From contig JANRKS010000009.1 in the NCBI GenBank assembly GCA_033763315.1, positions 32,001-96,000 of the forward strand: DNA of 64,000 nt, written 5' to 3'. Source of the DNA: Deltaproteobacteria bacterium. Lineage in GTDB: Bacteria > Myxococcota_A > Polyangia > Fen-1088. Positions 57,074 through 64,000 of the stretch are shown one piece after another; the first letter of the stretch is position 1; each line of letters starts with the position of its first letter. The notes beneath the pieces are model-generated. The model saw nothing but the letters and a program-made list of their open reading frames with translations. It had not been told where the DNA came from and did not search any database. Both the position numbers and the translations under genes were made by a program.

Positions 57074-58774
57074 ATGGGCGTAATGTCCTCTTCTGCGCCC
57101 CAAGGCCGGCCCCGGGCCCGGTGTCTTTACGCGTTGGTTGTTCCCGTGTTGGTCATGCAAGCCTGCACGGGCGCCATCCCGGGTGATTCTGATGCCAAAG
57201 TCACCGATCTTTCGGATGACTCGCCCGATTCGCCGCCGCCGGGCAGCAAAGCGTGCGCCTCGTTGCCTGTGACCGAACGCAGGGCCGTTCCTCTGCGTCG
57301 GCTCACCCGCATCGAGTATGCGAACACCGTCCGCGACCTGTTGGGTGTGACCGTCAAGGACATGACGGCCTTGCCCGCAGATGATGCGTTGGGTGGCTAT
57401 TTTGCCAACGCCACGTTGACGGTTTCGGCGGCAGATGCCGAGTCGTACCAACAATCGGCGGAGACGGCGGCCGCCGCGATGGCGGTGACGAAATCCTTGC
57501 CATGCGATGTGGTGACACAAGGTGAACGCGGTTGTGCCCAAACATTTATCACGAACTTCGGTATGCGAGCGTTTCGTCGCAAGATATCCGACGATCGAAA
57601 GGCCGCGCTGCTCGCGCTTTACGACAACAAGCGCGCGCGTGGCGACTTCGAAGGCGCCATTCGTTTGGTGGTCGCCACCATTTTGCAATCAGCTGGGTTT
57701 CTTTACCGTGAAGACGAAACGACGAACGATGGGCGCCTTTCGGATTACAGCTTGGCCACACGGCTTTCGTACTTGTTGTGGGCCAGCCCTCCTGACGCTG
57801 AACTCCTGGAGCTGGCAGCCAAAGGCCAACTAAACGACCTTACGGTGATGAAGGGTCAAGTTAAGCGGCTTATGTCCAGCACCCGTGCGGATGCCGCGTG
57901 GTCGAGCTTCATTGGCCAATGGCTTGGCATGCCGAAGCTTGAGCAGATGTCGAAGGATGCAAGCCTTTACCCGCAGTTCACAGCCGCACTGAAAACATCG
58001 ATGCAGGCGGAAGTTGATAGGTTCGCGGTCAGCGTCTTTCGCGGTCAGGAGCCAACGTTGCAAAAGCTTCTGCAATCGAACGTTTCATTCGTAGATTCGT
58101 CGCTTGCAAAGCTTTACGACGTGCCGGCGCCCGCCAAAGACTTTGATCCCGTGACCTTGCCCGCCGAGCGGCGTTTCGGCGCTTTGACCTTGCCTGGTTG
58201 GTTGGCCGCAACGTCATTGCCGGATCAACCTTCGCCCATTCATCGAGGCTTGTTCATACGGCGGCGTTTGTTGTGCCAAGAGGTACCCGATCCTCCGCGT
58301 GACCTCATGGTGGTGGCACCCAAATTTGACCCCAACGTTCCAACCAAACAGCGGCTCGAAGCACATCGAAGCGATCCCAGCTGCTCTGGTTGCCACGCTC
58401 TCATGGATCCCTTGGGCTTTGGCTTTGCACACTACGACGCCATCGGCCGCTACCGCACGATGGACGGCAACACGCCTGTGGATAGCAAGGGGGCTTTGAC
58501 GGGCACCACGGCGGACGGCGACTTCGATGGCGCGCGTGAGTTGGTAAGCCAGTTGTTGAAAACCGACGAAGTGGCTTCTTGTTTCACCACGCAGTGGTTG
58601 CGATTTGCGCGCGGTGTGGCCGAAACGGAGGCCGAAATCTGTGAAATTGAACAAGTTACGGCGCGCTGGAAGGCGGACAACTTCAACATCTTGACGATGG
58701 TGGCGCAAATCGTTCAAAGCCCGCTGTTGATGCGCCAGGGCTCGCAGTTGCCTTTCGAGGAGTCTTCGCCATGA
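57074..58774 (+). CDS. DUF1587/1595/1592/1588/1585 lipoprotein with CxxCH (second copy)
   Basis: RRLTRIEYANTVRDLL, LATRLSYLLW, SPIHRG, CSGCH, YDAIGR. Confidence 0.9.
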   Translation: MGVMSSSAPQGRPRARCLYALVVPVLVMQACTGAIPGDSDAKVTDLSDDSPDSPPPGSKACASLPVTERRAVPLRRLTRIEYANTVRDLLGVTVKDMTALPADDALGGYFANATLTVSAADAESYQQSAETAAAAMAVTKSLPCDVVTQGERGCAQTFITNFGMRAFRRKISDDRKAALLALYDNKRARGDFEGAIRLVVATILQSAGFLYREDETTNDGRLSDYSLATRLSYLLWASPPDAELLELAAKGQLNDLTVMKGQVKRLMSSTRADAAWSSFIGQWLGMPKLEQMSKDASLYPQFTAALKTSMQAEVDRFAVSVFRGQEPTLQKLLQSNVSFVDSSLAKLYDVPAPAKDFDPVTLPAERRFGALTLPGWLAATSLPDQPSPIHRGLFIRRRLLCQEVPDPPRDLMVVAPKFDPNVPTKQRLEAHRSDPSCSGCHALMDPLGFGFAHYDAIGRYRTMDGNTPVDSKGALTGTTADGDFDGARELVSQLLKTDEVASCFTTQWLRFARGVAETEAEICEIEQVTARWKADNFNILTMVAQIVQSPLLMRQGSQLPFEESSP

Positions 58775-60150
58775 AGTTCTTGCGCTCATCTTCCATGACA
58801 CGTCGACGGTTGGTAGCGCAGTTTGGTGCGGGCGCGGCCTTGGCCCCGTTTGTGCCTTTGCTTGAACCGCGTAGCCATGCGGCAGCGGCGGCGCCTCCCA
58901 AACGATTGATCTTCCTCTACAGCTCCAACGGCATGACGCGCGAAAAATGGTTGCCAACCATGCAAGGTGGTCAGCTCGTGATGTCGGAGATTCTAAAGCC
59001 CTTGGAGCGACACAAGGCTGACGTCCTCGTCATTGATGGCCTCGGTTACAACGTCACGAAAAAGGGCGAAAAGGATGGCCACTACGGTGGCATGAATGCC
59101 GCTTTGACAGGTAGCCCGCCCAAAATCATCGATCCGGCAGAGGAAAACAGCCTTGCCACAGGGCCCTCGCTTGACCAGGTGGTTGCAAATGCCATCGGCG
59201 CCCAAAGCCGGTTTCGTTCGTTGGAGCTGGGCATTCAAGTCGACACTTACGCCGCCACCGTCGCTGCGCTTTCGTATCGGGCCGCGCTGCAACCGATCAT
59301 CCCTGAGAACGACATCTATAAAACGGTGACCCGCGTGTTTGGCAATTTCGCACCGGCCGACACAAGCCAAAACAAACTTATCGAACAACAACGCCTCGAT
59401 CGCAAAAGCGCAATTGATTTCGTGCTGAGCGATCTGAAGAGCTTGCGTGGGCGATTGGGCGCTCATGATCAAACGCGCCTCGACGCACACCTCGATTCGG
59501 TTCGCCAGCTCGAGATGGCGCTTGCGCCTGCGGCGTCAGCCACGCAGGCGTGTGTTCCCGTGCAGCCCGGCACCAAGCTTGATTACCGCAAGAACGACAA
59601 CATCCCGGCGCTTGGGCAGTTATCGATGGATCTGTTGGTGATGGCGATGGCTTGCGACCTGACCCGCGTGGGCACGATTCAGTATGGGCGCGCCGGTGCG
59701 CAACATCGCTTCACGTGGCTGGGCAGCGATTTTTTAACCGACCCCGACAACGGGCCGAACGATTCAACGAGCGGCATTCATGGCTTGGCCCACAACGAGG
59801 GAAATCCTTCCTCGCGCGCCAAGCTAGCGCGTTGCCACACTTGGTATGCCGAACAAGTGGCCCTGTTGGTGGATAAGTTGAAGGCCATTCCAGAAGGCGC
59901 CGGCACCATGGCCGACAACACGTTGGTTGTGTGGATGAACGAAATGGGGACCGGCAACCACAGTTTGCAAAATACGCCATGGACGTTGGTGGGGCGGCTC
60001 GGCGGCCAATTCAAGACCAACCGCGTGTTGGCATTTGCGGGTCAAGCGCACAACCGGCTTTTGGGCAATGTGGCGCAGGCGTTCATTGGCGGCGACGGAA
60101 AATTTGGTGATCCCGAATTCGGCAACGGGCCTTTGCCGGGGCTCAGCTAA
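58771..60150 (+). CDS. DUF1552 (HXXSHH) family protein (second copy)
   Basis: TRRRL Tat-like signal; PPKRLIF; SLDQVVA; MACDLTRV; HGLAH; DNTLVVWMNEMG. Confidence 0.9.
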   Translation: MKFLRSSSMTRRRLVAQFGAGAALAPFVPLLEPRSHAAAAAPPKRLIFLYSSNGMTREKWLPTMQGGQLVMSEILKPLERHKADVLVIDGLGYNVTKKGEKDGHYGGMNAALTGSPPKIIDPAEENSLATGPSLDQVVANAIGAQSRFRSLELGIQVDTYAATVAALSYRAALQPIIPENDIYKTVTRVFGNFAPADTSQNKLIEQQRLDRKSAIDFVLSDLKSLRGRLGAHDQTRLDAHLDSVRQLEMALAPAASATQACVPVQPGTKLDYRKNDNIPALGQLSMDLLVMAMACDLTRVGTIQYGRAGAQHRFTWLGSDFLTDPDNGPNDSTSGIHGLAHNEGNPSSRAKLARCHTWYAEQVALLVDKLKAIPEGAGTMADNTLVVWMNEMGTGNHSLQNTPWTLVGRLGGQFKTNRVLAFAGQAHNRLLGNVAQAFIGGDGKFGDPEFGNGPLPGLS

Positions 60151-60168
60151 TCGGGTGAAAGACCGGGC

Positions 60169-60304
60169 CAGATCAACGAGGGCGACATCATCCCCAACTT
60201 CGATCTACAAAGGCATTTTTGGCATGGAACACGGCACCTCGAAGCCTGGCGAAGCGGGCAAAAAGGCCTTGATCGACGCTTACGCGGCCGCCGACAGCTT
60301 CTGA
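60169..60304 (+). pseudogene. Internally deleted remnant of a hydroxypyruvate isomerase/TIM-barrel gene
   Basis: QINEGDIIPNFD joined out of frame to YKGIFGMEHGTSKPGEAGKKALIDAYAAADSF*. Confidence 0.55.
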
Positions 60305-60311
60305 AACCCGG

Positions 60312-62729
60312 GTGAGTGCTGGCTCACTTGCGGCGCAGCGGGCGCGGGCTTTTTTCGGTATGGTGGGGCCCAACATGCCAACCATGTTATCGAAGTCCGT
60401 GTTCCCGTTGGGCTTGACCGTTGCCGCTGCGGTGCTGGCCCCGTCCTTGGCCCTTGCGGAGGGCCGCGTGGTGCAGCTGCCCGAAGGGGGCAACCCGGCC
60501 AAGGTCATTGATAAAGGCGTGATCTGCGGCCCCATCGCGCTCGGCTGGGCGCTTGATGCCGATGGCCGCACGGTGACGCCGCCGCGCCAAGTGCCCGATG
60601 GCGGCACCCGTCAGTTCGCCACGCGTGTGGCTGAAACCAGTGCCAAGTGCAGCGAAAGCCAAGACTCGCTGACTTTGGTGGTGACTGGCAAGTGGCCTCA
60701 GCTTGAACCTGGTGCCGTGCAGTTCCTGCCTGGCGAAGGCCGCGTTGAATTGGTGGGGCAGGGGCTCACGGGCCTGCAGGTGGTCTCGCCGAACCCCGAG
60801 CCGAATGCGAACGCGCCTGAGGGACCGCGCAAAGACCGCGTCGAAAGTTGCATCGAGCCCACAGAAGTGGAACGCAACAAGAAGAAGTTTGAGTCGTGTG
60901 CCTTTCCCACGTCGCGCTTGTTGCCCGCCGACGCACGGCTTTATTGGTTGCCCGCCTACGCGCAACCGTCGCCCGACACCGCAATGTACGATGCAACCGG
61001 CGCACGGGTGGATCGCGAATCATTCTTGCTTCGCCCCGCGCGCGTGGTGTTGCCGTCTCATTTGGTTACCCGCGACGGCATTGATGTTTCCCGTGGGCCG
61101 GGCGTGGTGCCCTTGGCGTATCCCGAAGCCGTCGCCTCGGTTGATTGCGGCGTTTCCCGTTGCGACCTAGCGGAAAAGAACATTGTTCTGCGCAGCATCG
61201 CGGGGCCTGAATCGCAGATCACGATGCGGCTGCGCTTGAACCCGCGCATGTTCGTGCGCAACGCGAACGGTGGGCTTGAGCAGGAAGCTTTGTTGAAGTT
61301 GCCGCTGCTTTCATGCCCGGTGCAAGTGGTGTCGGGGCCCATTCTGCGCGATGTCACATCGCCCAAGGTGGTGGTGCGTATGGATCCCGGATGCGGTGAT
61401 GAAGCGGCCAGCTTGCATTGGTCGGTGGCAGGTGTGGACGCGCGTGTGGCGGAGGTGTTGAAGAAGAAGGAGGGCGTTTATGTGGTGTTGGTGGCTGAGC
61501 AAGTTTCACGCGAGCGCGTCACCATCACGGCCACGCGCTCCGGGCTTGATCCCGTTGTGGTGGGTTCGGCGATGCACACCTCGATCCCCGCGCCGCGTCC
61601 GCGTGCCGCGCTCGAATTGCAAGGCCATGGCCGCATCGATTTCATTCCCACGAACCGCAACGCGGTGGTGACGGTGGCGGCGTTGACGGGGGGCGCCCGT
61701 TTTGTGGTTGTGCCTGCCGAGGGCGCGTACGACGTCACCCGCGAGGGCGACAGCGTGATGGTTCGCGGCGACGATGCGGCGGCCGGCTTTTCATCGCTGC
61801 AGTTCGCATACCGTGTGAGCGGCCTGCCGAGCGAACTTGCCGACACCAACTTGGCTGTGATCACCGAATCGGTGCAACGCCAAGTGCGACAAGCGTCTGT
61901 GCCCGCGCGGTTTGCCTCTTCAGGGGGCGCCAAGGATCCTTTGGTTGAGTTTGTGTGCGTCGATAAAAAAGGCAAAGACGTTCACCTCGAACCCGGCAAG
62001 CCGTTTCGCATTCCGTTTGAAGGTCGCGAAAGCTGCCGTGTGATCATCCACCGCGAGCTGCTCAAACCAGAAGATGGGTTGCAGGAGATCTTGCTGGATG
62101 TGGACGTCACGGCCGCCGACGGCTCGCCACGTTCGCAAGCGCGTCTTTCTGAGCGCATGGTTCTACGCCCTGGCGTGGAGCCCAAGGTGTTTTGGGTGCG
62201 TGGTGGCGTGGATCAGTTTGATCGTGTGGTGGTGCGCGTGTCGCACGTGGTGGATGAAGAGCGATACGTCATCAGCCCCACGCTGCGTTCGGGCCTACCA
62301 TCGGTGCAGTGGTCAGCCATCGTTGAAGGCGGCCGGATTCGCCTTTATGCGACGGTGGCGATTCCCGCAGGGCTTTTCCGCGTGACGGCGCCCAGTGGTC
62401 AGTTGCGTTTGAACTTCGGCGTGTTGTCGCGTTTAACGTTGCTCGACGAGCTCGGCAAAGAGAGCATCTTCGGCATCGAGCTTGGCCTCATGGGCGTGGG
62501 CCTCACCACCGATGCGCTCTCGGGTACCACATACCCACCCACCTTGGCCGCCGTGGCCGGGTTGGGTGTGCGCGTGCCGCTCGGCCAAGGCGCGGCGGTG
62601 GGCATCAACGCCTGGTGCGCCTATGAGTTCCGCGATGACATCATCAAAGATGGCAAGTCTGTGGGCAGCCACTGGGCGTTTATTTTCGGCCCCAGCATCG
62701 CGGTGGGCAACGCGGGTCGCAACTTGTGA
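60312..62729 (+). CDS. Large secreted hypothetical protein
   Basis: Signal peptide ending SLALA-E; beta-rich; C-terminal barrel-like segment. Start probably 60360-60384. Confidence 0.7.
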   Translation: MSAGSLAAQRARAFFGMVGPNMPTMLSKSVFPLGLTVAAAVLAPSLALAEGRVVQLPEGGNPAKVIDKGVICGPIALGWALDADGRTVTPPRQVPDGGTRQFATRVAETSAKCSESQDSLTLVVTGKWPQLEPGAVQFLPGEGRVELVGQGLTGLQVVSPNPEPNANAPEGPRKDRVESCIEPTEVERNKKKFESCAFPTSRLLPADARLYWLPAYAQPSPDTAMYDATGARVDRESFLLRPARVVLPSHLVTRDGIDVSRGPGVVPLAYPEAVASVDCGVSRCDLAEKNIVLRSIAGPESQITMRLRLNPRMFVRNANGGLEQEALLKLPLLSCPVQVVSGPILRDVTSPKVVVRMDPGCGDEAASLHWSVAGVDARVAEVLKKKEGVYVVLVAEQVSRERVTITATRSGLDPVVVGSAMHTSIPAPRPRAALELQGHGRIDFIPTNRNAVVTVAALTGGARFVVVPAEGAYDVTREGDSVMVRGDDAAAGFSSLQFAYRVSGLPSELADTNLAVITESVQRQVRQASVPARFASSGGAKDPLVEFVCVDKKGKDVHLEPGKPFRIPFEGRESCRVIIHRELLKPEDGLQEILLDVDVTAADGSPRSQARLSERMVLRPGVEPKVFWVRGGVDQFDRVVVRVSHVVDEERYVISPTLRSGLPSVQWSAIVEGGRIRLYATVAIPAGLFRVTAPSGQLRLNFGVLSRLTLLDELGKESIFGIELGLMGVGLTTDALSGTTYPPTLAAVAGLGVRVPLGQGAAVGINAWCAYEFRDDIIKDGKSVGSHWAFIFGPSIAVGNAGRNL

Positions 62730-62735
62730 GCGGGG

Positions 62736-63593
62736 TTATTTCAGCGCCGCTTTGGCTGCGTCCCAACGTGCGTCAAGTTCAGTCATGGGCGCGCCGCGCA
62801 CCTGCTTGCCTTCGGCCTCCAGGCTTTGCTCCATGTGACGGAAGCGGCTGCTGAAGCGCTCGACGGTGCCGCGTAAAGCGTTTTCAGGATCGATGCCCAA
62901 CTTGCGCGCGTAGTTCACCACCGAAAACAAAACATCACCAAGTTCATGTTCGATCTCCGTGGTGTTGCCGCTTTGTACGGCTTCATCCAATTCGCCGAGC
63001 TCTTCGTTGATCTTTTGGCGCGGCCCATTCACATCAGGCCAGTCAAAGCCCACCGCTGCGGCTTTGTCACCCACGCGCGCGGCACGCAACAAGGCCGGCG
63101 CTGAACGAGGCACGCCATCAAGCGCGCCGTGCTTGCCCTTCTCAGCTTTTTCTTCCGCCTTAAGCACCGACCAATTCGCCAAGACGCCTTGGCTATCGAT
63201 CTTCGCCGCTTGGGCTGCCTGTTCACCAAACACGTGCGGGTGACGGCGCACAAGCTTCTTCACAATGCCTTCCGCCACATCGTCGATGCCGAACCCACCT
63301 TCGGCGTGCCGCAGCTCGCTTTGAAACACGATCTGCAGCAACAGATCGCCCAGCTCTTCGCAGTGATCGGTGACGCTGCCGTCGTTGACGGCATCAACCA
63401 CCTCGTACGTTTCTTCGATCAAGTAAGGCAACAACGTTTGCAGCGTTTGCTCGCGATCCCAAGGGCAACCGTTGGGCGCCAACAGGCGCTGCATCAAGCC
63501 CACAAGGCGGCCGATGTTTTGCCCCGTTTGTTTGCCGGGCAGGGGCGTCAAATCAAGCGTATCCGCGGCGGGCGTGTGCAAAGAGGATGGCAT
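62736..63593 (-). CDS. mazG: Nucleoside triphosphate pyrophosphohydrolase MazG
   Basis: GCPWDREQT, EETYEV, EELGDLLLQ, RRHPHVF, GFDWP, ELGDVLF. Confidence 0.96.
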   Translation of the reverse strand: MPSSLHTPAADTLDLTPLPGKQTGQNIGRLVGLMQRLLAPNGCPWDREQTLQTLLPYLIEETYEVVDAVNDGSVTDHCEELGDLLLQIVFQSELRHAEGGFGIDDVAEGIVKKLVRRHPHVFGEQAAQAAKIDSQGVLANWSVLKAEEKAEKGKHGALDGVPRSAPALLRAARVGDKAAAVGFDWPDVNGPRQKINEELGELDEAVQSGNTTEIEHELGDVLFSVVNYARKLGIDPENALRGTVERFSSRFRHMEQSLEAEGKQVRGAPMTELDARWDAAKAALK

Positions 63594-63714
63594 GGCGGCT
63601 GGCAGTATACGGGGTTAAGGGGCGTTGGGCGGCGGCCGAAACGAGGGTTGCCGGGGCTGCGCGCGGGCGTCATGCTAGGGCTTGGTGCGGGCTTAACCTT
63701 TTCAAAGCGTGGGC

Positions 63715-64000
63715 ATGGAAGTAACCGATAGGTTCGTGGTTGAAGACAACGGGGTATTGTTGGCGCTGTCAGGGGAGCGTAACGGCAACCTGAAACGTCT
63801 CGAACGTGAAACGGGCGTGCGGGTCCACAGCCGAGGCAACGAGATCACCATCGTGGGCGGCGGAGATAAGGTAGCGATGGCCCGCCGTGTGCTTGATGGA
63901 TTGTTTCCCATGGCACGCTCAGGGCGGTTCTTAACCTCGGACGATGTGGCCAAAGCCGTGGGCGTGGCCCGGGGCAACGACGGCGGCGACGTGCATGAGG
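63715..64000 (+). CDS. PhoH-family (YbeZ-like) protein, N-terminal KH-like part (truncated by window edge)
   Basis: MEVTDRFVVEDNGVLLALSGERNGNLKRLERETGVRVHSRGNEITIVG, open to the window end. Confidence 0.7.
   Translation, partial: MEVTDRFVVEDNGVLLALSGERNGNLKRLERETGVRVHSRGNEITIVGGGDKVAMARRVLDGLFPMARSGRFLTSDDVAKAVGVARGNDGGDVHE

Overview
GC-rich bacterial window that looks like Myxococcota/Polyangia (romR next to valS, two DUF1592-DUF1552 pairs, ECF-FecR-TPR cassette, Cys-rich lipoproteins). From left to right it holds: the 3' part of a WD40 protein; a ~5.9 kb islet bounded by a 59-bp direct repeat of the tRNA-fMet 3' half, carrying an ECF sigma-TM-repeat-PDZ fusion, a Cys-rich protein and an RRM protein; a D-apiose/apionate-type catabolic operon (Gfo/Idh/MocA dehydrogenase, RuBisCO-like protein, DUF1537 kinase, ApnO-like oxidoisomerase, sugar ABC transporter) facing an uncharacterised secreted enzyme; rnhA; a HEAT-methyltransferase; a flippase; a MazEF-like TA pair; a DM9 lectin-like gene; a ~4.7 kb nest of five mobile elements or remnants; a GT-C/GT2 glycosylation cluster; romR-valS; mazG; and the start of a PhoH-like gene. 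The most notable signal is an IS110 element inserted at the A-rich orfA/orfB junction of an IS3-family element. Its upstream non-coding region has two repeated units with apparent guide sequences matching the target site and the element's own end, consistent with a bridge RNA. All family calls come from motif recognition by eye, not database searches.
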